Notes: generated from the sequence alone by a model not told the origin. DNA of 37,764 nt from Candidatus Parcubacteria bacterium (GCA_041177485.1 JBEDBC010000029.1:1-37764); one strand, 5' to 3'; positions 17,236 through 24,511 are shown, counted from the stretch's first letter. Numbers and translations are program-made.

Positions 17236-18135
17236 ATGAATATTGGAATTATTGGACTTGGAAGGATGGGTATGGCAATTGCTAAAAGAGCCATTCAACA
17301 TAATCATACTGTATCTGGATTTGCTCCATCAGCTGAAACTAGAGAACTAGCAGCAACTTTTGGAGTTACTCCTTATGAATCTGTGCAAGATTTGATAGCT
17401 AATTTACCAGCTCCTAGAACTATCTGGCTCATGGTCCCAGCTGGAGAAATCACCAGATCAACTATAGCTATTTTAGCTGAGACTTTAGAAGCTGGAGATA
17501 CCGTAATTGACGGTGGTAATAGTTATTTTAAAGATTCTCAAGCTCAAGCAGAACTATTGGAGACCAAGTCAATTAATTTTATTGATGTAGGAACAAGTGG
17601 TGGTCTCAAAGGGGAGCAGATTGGATTTTCACTTATGATAGGTGGGCAAGAAGAATTAGTAAACTCCTACAATTCCCTCTGGGAGGCTCTGGCAGCTCCC
17701 AACGCTTACGCTTATATGGGAGCAGCTGGATCAGGACATTTTGTCAAAATGGTACACAATGGTGTTGAATATGGAATCATGCAAGCTATGGCTGAGGGGT
17801 TTGAACTAGTCAAAAGTGGCCCTTATTCTAATTTGGATTTGCAAGAAGTATCTAAAGTGTGGAAAAATGGGTCTATAATTAGGTCTTTCCTGATGGATTT
17901 GGCTTATGAAGCTTTCCAAAAAGATGCCAACCTTGACTCTTTAACTGACTATGTAGATGATAATGGCATGGGTAGATGGACAGTAGATACAGCAATTGAA
18001 CATGCTATACCAGCTCCAGTGATTACGGATGCAGTATTCGCAAGATTTCGCTCCAGACAAAAAGAATCATTTGCGGGAAAAACACTGGCTGCTCTCAGAA
18101 ATGAATTCGGAGGACATGAGGTTAAAAAGAAATAG
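17236..18135 (+). CDS. gnd: 6-phosphogluconate dehydrogenase (decarboxylating), short approximately 300-aa form
   Basis: IGIIGLGRMG Rossmann motif. GGNSYF and GSGHFVKMVHNGVEYGIMQAMAEG match the 6PGDH signature region. Confidence 0.85.
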   Translation: MNIGIIGLGRMGMAIAKRAIQHNHTVSGFAPSAETRELAATFGVTPYESVQDLIANLPAPRTIWLMVPAGEITRSTIAILAETLEAGDTVIDGGNSYFKDSQAQAELLETKSINFIDVGTSGGLKGEQIGFSLMIGGQEELVNSYNSLWEALAAPNAYAYMGAAGSGHFVKMVHNGVEYGIMQAMAEGFELVKSGPYSNLDLQEVSKVWKNGSIIRSFLMDLAYEAFQKDANLDSLTDYVDDNGMGRWTVDTAIEHAIPAPVITDAVFARFRSRQKESFAGKTLAALRNEFGGHEVKKK

Positions 18136-18143
18136 TCTCTAAA

Positions 18144-18686
18144 TTAGAGACTATATTCTTTTTGTAAATCGTTATACAATTGATTTTGATTATATATATC
18201 TTTAAGCTGATCTTCACTAACAGGGAAGTCAAAACAGTCCTGCGTATACCCATCTAAATTTTTACATGAATCTTTGATATTAGTATAAAAAGCAATTGCA
18301 ACTTCAGATTGAGTCATATTATCTAAATCAATAGCTATAATTTGTACAGATTGAGTAAAGGCTTGTGACTCAAAAATTAAATATTGTTTATTTTTTTCCT
18401 TTTTACTCAGTCTGTACTCAGATTGAGTACAGGGAGACTCACTTGAACACTCTCTTAGAGTTAGTTTTTTTTCACCAAAACCAAATTCACATTTAACTCC
18501 GGTCAAATCAGTTGTAGTACAACCTTCTCCTACTAAGCTAGCTTTTATAACCTCAGTACGAGGGCTAAAAATAACAAAGATGGTAGTAAAAACAACTACA
18601 ACTATCACCGCTATAATGTTGCGGGATAATCTTTGGCCACCTAAAGATTTGGTAGCGAATTTATCTAAATCTATTCGATCGGACAT
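18144..18686 (-). CDS. membrane-anchored/exported cysteine-rich hypothetical protein
   Basis: 180 aa. One TM helix (IIAVIVVVVFTTIFVIF) followed by an extracytoplasmic part with 8 Cys. 16-nt overlap with the upstream glutaredoxin-like gene. Confidence 0.5.
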   Translation of the reverse strand: MSDRIDLDKFATKSLGGQRLSRNIIAVIVVVVFTTIFVIFSPRTEVIKASLVGEGCTTTDLTGVKCEFGFGEKKLTLRECSSESPCTQSEYRLSKKEKNKQYLIFESQAFTQSVQIIAIDLDNMTQSEVAIAFYTNIKDSCKNLDGYTQDCFDFPVSEDQLKDIYNQNQLYNDLQKEYSL

Positions 18687-18961
18687 ACTTTTGGACTATT
18701 TTCAGGCGTACTAGAAGTTTCTTTTGTACCATAAGTATCTCTAAGATAGTTGATTATTACATCAGACTCATATAACATCACACCCTTTTCTTGGTCAACT
18801 AAAAACGGGACTTGTGGCTTATCTCCTAACTTTAACATTATTTCTCTCTGGGATGAGCCGGTCTTAGAAATACGACAAATAAAATCCAGTTCTAATTCAT
18901 TAAGTACCATACGTACTTTTTGACAAAAAGGACAATCTTCTCTTTGATATAGTTCTAACAT
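18671..18961 (-). CDS. glutaredoxin-like / GST-N-type thioredoxin-fold protein
   Basis: 96 aa. CPFC active-site motif at residues 10-13 and a VPFL...G cis-Pro region typical of glutaredoxins. Confidence 0.7.
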   Translation of the reverse strand: MLELYQREDCPFCQKVRMVLNELELDFICRISKTGSSQREIMLKLGDKPQVPFLVDQEKGVMLYESDVIINYLRDTYGTKETSSTPENSPKVCPIE

Positions 18962-19000
18962 ATATTTTAGCTTAATTTGATAATAACTATATTATAGCAT

Positions 19001-19034
19001 AAAAAGAAAAAGACCTCACCAGTTAGCGAGGTCT
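19001..19034 (-). terminator. rho-independent terminator
   Basis: AGACCTC / GAGGTCT 7-bp stem (19011..19034) followed on the minus strand by TTTTCTTTTT. The stem includes the stop codon of ORF 19023..19289. Confidence 0.6.
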
Positions 19035-19289
19035 AGATAAAAAATTAGGCTTATAATATTTACTCTGCAGTAAAATATCTGCTGCTTTTTTATCAGGTTG
19101 ATCCTGAAATGTAATTAAATTGTCATCATAAAGAGCAACTGCCCGCCAATACATACATATTACTGAACCTTGTACCCAATCATGAGAAAGCATAATTAAA
19201 ACAACAAAGATACTATCCTTATACCATAATTTATATTTTCTGTCTATATATAATTCCCATACAATAGAAAAAGAGACCAGCATAAGCAC
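19023..19289 (-). CDS. hypothetical protein (start uncertain)
   Basis: 88-aa ORF with a GTG start, but its first codons lie inside the loop of the upstream terminator hairpin (19272..19297). A shorter product from Met33 is possible. No family recognised. Confidence 0.3.
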   Translation of the reverse strand: MLMLVSFSIVWELYIDRKYKLWYKDSIFVVLIMLSHDWVQGSVICMYWRAVALYDDNLITFQDQPDKKAADILLQSKYYKPNFLSRPR

Positions 19290-19297
19290 AGGTCTCT
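19262..19297 (-). terminator. rho-independent terminator of gene 19313..19600
   Basis: AGAGACC / GGTCTCT 7-bp stem with a 12-nt loop, followed on the minus strand by TTTTTCT. Confidence 0.55.
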
Positions 19298-19312
19298 GGG
19301 GATTGGGGATGT

Positions 19313-19600
19313 CTATGCCCCAAAAATTTTGACATGGAGGCGGGTACTTTTACTGCCCGTATATGGCTTTTTCTTTTTTGGGGCATTGACAAGAGCTTCT
19401 TGTTTGCTAAGCTCTTGTGCCCTAACTAAAACCCATTGCACTAAATCTACAGGGCAATATACGATATTAATCTCGTCGACCCTATCAAAAGGAACTATAT
19501 GTCCTACACAAGACTCGCTACATTGACGTTTTCTCCAGTATCCTTTTTTTCTCGATGAATTCCAAGTAGGTCGATCTAAAAGAATAGAACTAGTAGTCAT
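19313..19600 (-). CDS. hypothetical basic small protein
   Basis: 95-aa ORF with its own TTGACA-17-TGtTATATA promoter and a terminator. No family recognised. Confidence 0.45.
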   Translation of the reverse strand: MTTSSILLDRPTWNSSRKKGYWRKRQCSESCVGHIVPFDRVDEINIVYCPVDLVQWVLVRAQELSKQEALVNAPKKKKPYTGSKSTRLHVKIFGA

Positions 19601-19624
19601 CTACTTTAAGCAGATTCAATACCT

Positions 19625-19653
19625 TATATAACATATTCCCAAACATTTGTCAA
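19625..19653 (-). promoter_or_regulatory. sigma70 promoter with extended -10
   Basis: Minus strand reads TTGACA (19653..19648), a 17-nt spacer, then TGtTATATA (-10 at 19630..19625). Confidence 0.65.
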
Positions 19654-19682
19654 TTATTAAATACAAAATATAATTTTGAAAC

Positions 19683-19711
19683 AAAAAAGCCCCTGCTCAT
19701 AGAGCGTGGGC
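19683..19711 (-). terminator. terminator downstream of the GGPP synthase gene
   Basis: GCCCctGCTC-atag-GAGCgtGGGC hairpin followed on the minus strand by TTTTTT. Confidence 0.55.
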
Positions 19712-19724
19712 TGAGAAAGTTGAG

Positions 19725-20576
19725 TCAGTTGTCCCGACTCGTTATGTAATCAGCCAAAGCCAATAGTGGTTTTGCTCTTTCATCCCAAGGAGCTAATGCC
19801 TCCTTAGCCTTTAGTATCAACGCCTTGGCCCGCTGTCGAGACCCATCAAGCCCAAATAACTTGGGATATGTTGTCTTATCAGCAGTCAAATCCTTGCCGG
19901 CGGTTTTGACAAATATATCGCTAATGGCATTAAAATCGAGAATATCGTCAGTAATTTGGAAAGCTAGACAAATACAACTAGCATACACTCTCAGAGCCTC
20001 CACCATATCGTTGTTTGCACCTCCAATAATGGCTCCACTGACCACACTAGCCTGTAAAAGTGCTCCAGTCTTATGAATATGGATGTACTCAAGTGTATCA
20101 ATGTCTACCTCATTGCCTTCACATTCCAAACCCACCACCTGGCCACCCATTAGCCCCCTAGCACCAGAGGCAAGCGAAAGCTCACCAACTACAGCAAGCA
20201 ATCGCTCGGCTGGAACATCAGTACTATTTAAAGCCACCATCTCAAAGGCTCTGGCGAACAGAGTATTGCCGGCTAGAATTGCATTAGCCTCACCATATAC
20301 CTTATGGTTAGTGGGTCGGCCACGACGCAAGTCAGAATTATCTATTGGGGGTAGGTCGTCGTGTATCAGCGACATTGTATGAATCATCTCAATTGCCACA
20401 GCCGTGGGCATGGCTAGAGTAGGATTCCCTCCAGCTAGCTCACAAGCTGCCAAGCAAAGAATCGGCCGAAGTCTCTTACCACCAGCCAGTAGTGAATAAC
20501 TCATCGCTTCCCTGAGTTTTTCGGGAAACTCGGTTTTTGTACCTAGCGAGGTGTCAAGGGCTTCCTCCACCTGCAA
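19725..20576 (-). CDS. crtE: geranylgeranyl diphosphate synthase, cyanobacterial/plastid type; possibly N-terminally truncated or pseudogenised
   Basis: 283 aa. Contains LLAGGKRLRPILCLAACEL, EMIHTMSLIHDDLP (first Asp-rich motif), HKTGALL, FQITDDILD (second Asp-rich motif), KTAGKDL and a C-terminus LLALADYITSRDN. The open frame begins at TTG. The homologous frame continues upstream to ATG 20645 but is interrupted by TAA at 20615..20613. G+C is clearly higher than the rest of the window. Confidence 0.8.
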   Translation of the reverse strand: MQVEEALDTSLGTKTEFPEKLREAMSYSLLAGGKRLRPILCLAACELAGGNPTLAMPTAVAIEMIHTMSLIHDDLPPIDNSDLRRGRPTNHKVYGEANAILAGNTLFARAFEMVALNSTDVPAERLLAVVGELSLASGARGLMGGQVVGLECEGNEVDIDTLEYIHIHKTGALLQASVVSGAIIGGANNDMVEALRVYASCICLAFQITDDILDFNAISDIFVKTAGKDLTADKTTYPKLFGLDGSRQRAKALILKAKEALAPWDERAKPLLALADYITSRDN

Positions 20577-20750
20577 CCGAGTTGTTTCTAGATAAGTGGC
20601 GAAATTAAATTGTTAATTTTGTTGAGCCAGTTTTTTCTGAGCCATAGTAAAGAGCTCCCTCTCGCCTGAGCGAGAATAGATTGACCCTAAACTTATAACA
20701 CAGTCTCCACTTTTTGTCTATGCTGGGGTTTCGTCTCGCTGGGTTGTGCT

Positions 20751-20926
20751 TTTCGTAGGGGCGACCTTTGTTCTAAAAATTCCCCTCTTGAGGGGTAGAT
20801 TTCTGCTATGTTTATATAGCGGGAAGACGGGGTGGAGTGTTTTTGGGCTATTTATAAATACTTTATTCCACCCCGTCAGGAAAGCCTGCCACCCCTCAAG
20901 AGGGGAATTAGCTCATCATCGCCCCC
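20751..20926. repeat. GC-rich nested-palindrome repeat, copy R1 (full length)
   Basis: Three nested inverted repeats. Outer pair: GGGGCGACC (about 20757) and ATCGCCCCCC (20917..20926). A and A' arms: AATTCCCCTCTTGAGGGGT (20778..20796) and CACCCCTCAAGAGGGGAATT (20890..20909). B and B' arms: GACGGGGTGGAGT (20827..20839) and ATTCCACCCCGTC (20866..20878). Near-identical copies occur at 27016.. and 31141... Confidence 0.9.
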
Positions 20927-20983
20927 CTTTCTCATTGAATAAAATCCCATACTTTGCTATAATTAGCTTAATATATAGCTTAA

Positions 20984-20989
20984 TATAAT
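20984..20989 (+). promoter_or_regulatory. -10 box (TATAAT) 6 nt upstream of the valS start codon
   Basis: TATAAT at 20984..20989, then caaact, then ATG 20996. No Shine-Dalgarno sequence, consistent with a leaderless transcript. Confidence 0.4.
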
Positions 20990-20995
20990 CAAACT

Positions 20996-23365
20996 ATGCC
21001 TCTTGCATCCAAATACGAAATTACTGAACGCGAAGCTCATTGGCGGGACTTCTGGGCTAAACAAAATATCTATGCCTTTGATGAGAATTCTGATAAGCCA
21101 ATTTTCTCAGTAGACACTCCCCCACCTTATGTTTCAGCGGATCACTTACATCCTGGGCATATTATGAGTTATTCTCAAGCTGAATTTGTAGTCAGATTCA
21201 AGCGAATGCAAGGCTATAATGTCTTTTATCCGATGGGGTTTGATGATAATGGACTCCCAACCGAGCGACATGTAGAAAAAAAATATAAAATAAAAAATAA
21301 AGATTCTATTAGCAGATCCGAATTTGTAAAATTATGTCTGGCAGAAACTCAAAAAGGCATACAAACCTATCGCAACCTTTGGTCACTCCTAGGAATTTCT
21401 GTAGATTGGTCTAAGACTTATTCTTCCATCAATACTCACTCTCAGAAAATCTCCCAATGGTCATTTTTAGATTTATATAAGAAGGGTCTCCTCACACAGA
21501 GAGAAGAACCTATTATGTGGGATATTAGCTTCCAGTCAGCTCTAGCCCAGACCGATTTAGAAGACTCCGAGCAAGACTCCCACTTGAATGACATCATTTT
21601 TACCTCCCAGGAATCAGGAGAGCAACTCATTATTGCCACCACTAGACCGGAACTTTTACCAGCAGCGGTAGCTTTATTCTTCCACCCTGAAGATAGTCGT
21701 TATCAGCATCTAATTGGAACTAGGGCTATTACTCCAATCTCTGGACATACTGTACCAATACTCACTGATGAGACTGTAGACAAAGACTTTGGAACTGGCT
21801 TGATGATGGTTTGTACTTGGGGAGATAGTGAGGATATTGCTAAATGGAAAAAATATAATCTTGAGACTAGATTGATTTTTAATCAAAAAGGGATTTTGAA
21901 TGAGATGGCTGGTAATTATGTTGGTGGACATATTAGCAAATTAAGACAATTAATTTTAGAAGATCTAAAAAAGCAGAATTTACTCGTCAAACAAACTCCT
22001 ATCACCCATACCGTCCAAGTCTCAGAGAGGTCAGGTACTCCGATAGAATTTATCTTGACCAAACAATGGTTTATCAATGTAGTAGAGCATAAAGAGGAAT
22101 TATTAGAGCAAGGTAAAAAATTAAATTGGTATCCAAAGCGAATGTTCTCCATTTATGCTGATTGGGTAAGTTCACTCAAATGGGATTGGTGTATTTCTAG
22201 ACAAAGATATTATGGAGTTCCAATTCCAGTCTGGTATCACAAACAAACTGGAGAGATTATACTACCCCAAGAAGACGAATTGCCCGTAGACCCAACCGAA
22301 TATACTCCTCGTGGGTATAAGGCTGAAGATTTAATTCCTGAGCAAGATGTACTAGATACTTGGATGACTTCCTCTATGTCGCCTGAAATTGGGGCTAGTC
22401 TCGTATCAAACCCTGAGCTGAGTGGTAAATTATTTCCATCTAGCCTAAGACCCCAGGCCTTTGAGATTATTCGAACTTGGCTATTTTATACAGTCACTAA
22501 AGCCTATTTTCATCATAATAAACTACCTTTCAACGATGTGATGATATCTGGACACGGCCTAGACAATCAAGGGCGTAAAATTAGCAAAAGACTAGGAAAT
22601 TTCACCCCACCAGAGCAGACTATTGCCAACTATGGAGCTGATGCTATGAGATATTGGGCTACTGGGACAACTCTGGGAGAAAACATCCGATTCAATGAAG
22701 AAGAAATCAAAAAAGGTAAGAAAACTGTCAACAAACTATTTAATGTTGGTAAATTTGCTGAATTACATCTACAAAACTTTACTTTGCTAGAACAATCTCC
22801 AGAATTAGAGCTAATAGACAAGTGGATACTAGCAGAACTTAATCAAACCATTACTCTTGCTACTGAGAGCTTTACGCAGTATGAGTATTACAAAGCTAGA
22901 ACGGCAATTGACCAATTATTCTGGAATAAATTCACTGATTATTATCTAGAGCTTATCAAGTATCGACTGTATGATGAAACCCCAGAAGGTCAAAAATCCC
23001 GCTTAGCGGCACAATATACTCTGTATGTATATATTGAGAATTTACTCAAATTATATGCTCCAATTCTACCATTTATCACCGAAGAGCTGTATCAAGGGCT
23101 ATTCCTAGACAATAATACTCAAAATACCAGCATACATATCTCCAATTGGCCAAAGAGCAATACAGCTTGGCAACTATCTGAAGATGAGAATAACATAATG
23201 ACAGATATACTATCCGTAGTAGAAGCCGTACGAGCTTATAAATCACAAAATAGTATATCACTTGGTAAAGAAATAGATACCTTCACCTATACTTCTACCC
23301 AAGATTTAAGCAATTATGAAAACTTTTTAGCCAAGGCTCTCAGAGTTGGCAAATTGATGAAGTAG
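20996..23365 (+). CDS. valS: valine--tRNA ligase (short, archaeal-like form)
   Basis: 789 aa. PPPYVSADHLHPGHIMSY (HIGH region), GFDDNGLPTE, WCISRQRYYGVPIPVW and GRKISKRLGN (KMSKS-like). Confidence 0.9.
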   Translation: MPLASKYEITEREAHWRDFWAKQNIYAFDENSDKPIFSVDTPPPYVSADHLHPGHIMSYSQAEFVVRFKRMQGYNVFYPMGFDDNGLPTERHVEKKYKIKNKDSISRSEFVKLCLAETQKGIQTYRNLWSLLGISVDWSKTYSSINTHSQKISQWSFLDLYKKGLLTQREEPIMWDISFQSALAQTDLEDSEQDSHLNDIIFTSQESGEQLIIATTRPELLPAAVALFFHPEDSRYQHLIGTRAITPISGHTVPILTDETVDKDFGTGLMMVCTWGDSEDIAKWKKYNLETRLIFNQKGILNEMAGNYVGGHISKLRQLILEDLKKQNLLVKQTPITHTVQVSERSGTPIEFILTKQWFINVVEHKEELLEQGKKLNWYPKRMFSIYADWVSSLKWDWCISRQRYYGVPIPVWYHKQTGEIILPQEDELPVDPTEYTPRGYKAEDLIPEQDVLDTWMTSSMSPEIGASLVSNPELSGKLFPSSLRPQAFEIIRTWLFYTVTKAYFHHNKLPFNDVMISGHGLDNQGRKISKRLGNFTPPEQTIANYGADAMRYWATGTTLGENIRFNEEEIKKGKKTVNKLFNVGKFAELHLQNFTLLEQSPELELIDKWILAELNQTITLATESFTQYEYYKARTAIDQLFWNKFTDYYLELIKYRLYDETPEGQKSRLAAQYTLYVYIENLLKLYAPILPFITEELYQGLFLDNNTQNTSIHISNWPKSNTAWQLSEDENNIMTDILSVVEAVRAYKSQNSISLGKEIDTFTYTSTQDLSNYENFLAKALRVGKLMK

Positions 23366-23455
23366 TAATATAAACTTTGTAGTGGAGAGTTTTGTACTAT
23401 TGTCTCTATCTGGAGAGGGGGGCAGTTTATATAACTTTTCCCTATGATTAAAACA

Positions 23456-23484
23456 CGAAAAAGCACTGACCAATGATCAGTGCT
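23456..23484 (-). terminator. terminator of the tRNA transcription unit
   Basis: AGCACTGA / TCAGTGCT 8-bp stem with a 7-nt loop, followed on the minus strand by TTTTTC. Confidence 0.55.
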
Positions 23485-23521
23485 AATAGCAATAAATTTT
23501 GGAGGGACAGATCCCTCGGAA

Positions 23522-23666
23522 TGGGAGTGATGGGATTTGAACCCACGACCTTTGGTTTTAGATTCAAGACATATAGATTGGGACTACACATCTCTTATGA
23601 AAATGGTTAGAGTTTAAAAGGCGCCTCTCTAACCCCAAGATGCAACCAAACAACACCTACACCCCC
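23522..23666 (-). tRNA. aberrant 145-nt tRNA-like gene (canonical acceptor, D and T arms; about 70 nt of extra sequence in the anticodon/variable region); identity unresolved, possibly Leu(UAG)-like
   Basis: - Acceptor stem: 5' GGGGGTG pairs with 3' CACTCCC (one G.U), with discriminator A.
- D arm: GGTG-TTGTTTGGTTG-CATC, a long class-II-like D loop with GG.
- T arm: GTGGG-TTCAAAT-CCCAT.
- Between them lie 92 nt instead of about 22. These include TTGGG...CCCAA, which could be the anticodon stem, and an 8-bp hairpin GGTTAGAG-N14-CTCTAACC. Confidence 0.45.
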
Positions 23667-23676
23667 TAGAGGGAAA

Positions 23677-23748
23677 CGACGGGAGAGTGATTCGAACCCT
23701 CGACCTCCTGCGAGTCATGCAGGCGCTCTACCACTGAGCTATCCCGCC
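23677..23748 (-). tRNA. tRNA-Val(GAC)-like, with non-canonical positions
   Basis: Cloverleaf: GGCGGGA-TA-GCTC-AGTGGTA-GAGC-G-CCTGC-ATGACTC-GCAGG-AGGTC-GAGGG-TTCGAAT-CACTC-TCCCGTC-G. Anticodon GAC. Oddities are U at position 37, a G52-A62 mismatch and discriminator G. No encoded CCA. Confidence 0.65.
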
Positions 23749-23762
23749 GTGAACCGTATATT

Positions 23763-23790
23763 ATTATACACACTTTATAAAATTAATCAA
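23763..23790 (-). promoter_or_regulatory. promoter of the tRNA unit
   Basis: Minus strand reads TTGATT (23790..23785), a 16-nt spacer, then TATAAT (23768..23763). About 15 nt upstream of the tRNA 5' end. Confidence 0.6.
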
Positions 23791-23810
23791 GAGCTGAGGT
23801 GAGAATAAAT

Positions 23811-23844
23811 AAAAAATTCCTCCCAACCCATGAGCAGGCGGGAG
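23811..23844 (-). terminator. terminator of small gene 23866..24141
   Basis: CTCCC...GGGAG hairpin followed on the minus strand by AATTTTTT. The sequence is paralogous to the terminator at 24570..24602. Confidence 0.5.
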
Positions 23845-23865
23845 TAGGTTGTAGATGAAGAAGCG

Positions 23866-24141
23866 TTAGGAAGGAGTCGGCCTAGATACGAGAAAATTTG
23901 TGTTTCTTGTATCTTGGGATGTTGGGGTTGTCTCAGAAAGAATTGTACAGGCTTGCTTGAGTACAGGGTACCGAGCGAACAATTGATTCAAAACTTTAAC
24001 GCTTTGATTTTCTCTTTGACTAATGTTAATAAAAACTTCAGCTACGCAGTGATTGAGTACTGCACGATTCCAATCCGAAGAAGATTGAGTATAGGCTTCA
24101 TAAGCTAGAGATGTTGCAGCAACTAAATCAATGATTTCCAT
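23866..24141 (-). CDS. orphan small protein (91 aa)
   Basis: I trimmed the ORF to ATG 24141 (MEIIDLVAATS...). It has its own TTGCAG-17-TGtTATAAA promoter and a terminator. No family recognised. Confidence 0.45.
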   Translation of the reverse strand: MEIIDLVAATSLAYEAYTQSSSDWNRAVLNHCVAEVFINISQRENQSVKVLNQLFARYPVLKQACTILSETTPTSQDTRNTNFLVSRPTPS

Positions 24142-24169
24142 TCTGAGCACCTAATGAAAGGACATTATT

Positions 24170-24198
24170 TTTATAACATATAATATTTTATTCTGCAA
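24170..24198 (-). promoter_or_regulatory. sigma70 promoter with extended -10
   Basis: Minus strand reads TTGCAG (24198..24193), a 17-nt spacer, then TGtTATAAA (-10 at 24175..24170). Confidence 0.6.
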
Positions 24199-24199
24199 G

Positions 24200-24234
24200 A
24201 AAAACCCCTCCAGACATATTACTGGAGGGGTTTT
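24200..24234. terminator. bidirectional-type terminator hairpin
   Basis: CCCCTCCAG-N8-CTGGAGGGG, a perfect 9-bp stem, flanked by an A-run on the left and a T-run on the right. It terminates minus-strand gene 24279..24506. Confidence 0.65.
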
Positions 24235-24278
24235 ATACTTTTAGATTTAACTAAAGTAAAACCTAAAGTTGTAATGAT

Positions 24279-24506
24279 TTAATGCTCTGCATCTGTAAGA
24301 TATAATTTATATCCATATTGACCATATCTTCTATGATGTTTCTCTATTGTATTTTTTTGATTCTTTAATGAGTAATAGAGTTTTTGGAGTTCAAATTTAT
24401 TTTTAATATCTTGATTAACTCTTAACATCTTATCCAATAACTCTATTATCCGCAGTAGTTTCCAATTAATGTGGCTTCTCAGCTTTGGAGATTGATTAGA
24501 AGTCAT
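24279..24506 (-). CDS. orphan small basic protein (75 aa)
   Basis: I trimmed the ORF from its TTG start to ATG 24506 (MTSNQSPKL...). TGtTAATAT lies 5 nt upstream of the ATG, which suggests a leaderless mRNA. Confidence 0.45.
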   Translation of the reverse strand: MTSNQSPKLRSHINWKLLRIIELLDKMLRVNQDIKNKFELQKLYYSLKNQKNTIEKHHRRYGQYGYKLYLTDAEH

Positions 24507-24511
24507 GAGTA

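Noticed and set aside
19825-20382. 83-aa and 99-aa plus-strand ORFs.
   Set aside because: They are antisense to the GGPP synthase gene. The high G+C of this island suppresses stop codons and yields long spurious frames.
20746-20988. 80-aa plus-strand ORF.
   Set aside because: It lies entirely within repeat copy R1. Its sequence is dictated by the palindromic GC-rich arms. It has no start context.
23522-23748. tRNA-targeted genomic island, with the aberrant tRNA as an att-site remnant.
   Set aside because: No integrase or recombinase gene is in the window. No direct repeat of either tRNA 3' end occurs elsewhere in the window. The small-gene island lies on the 5' promoter side of the tRNAs rather than at their 3' ends. 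The odd tRNA has both acceptor strands, so it is not a simple 3' fragment.
23914-24108. 64-aa plus-strand ORF.
   Set aside because: It is antisense to small gene 23866..24141, which is the one framed by a promoter and terminator on the minus strand.
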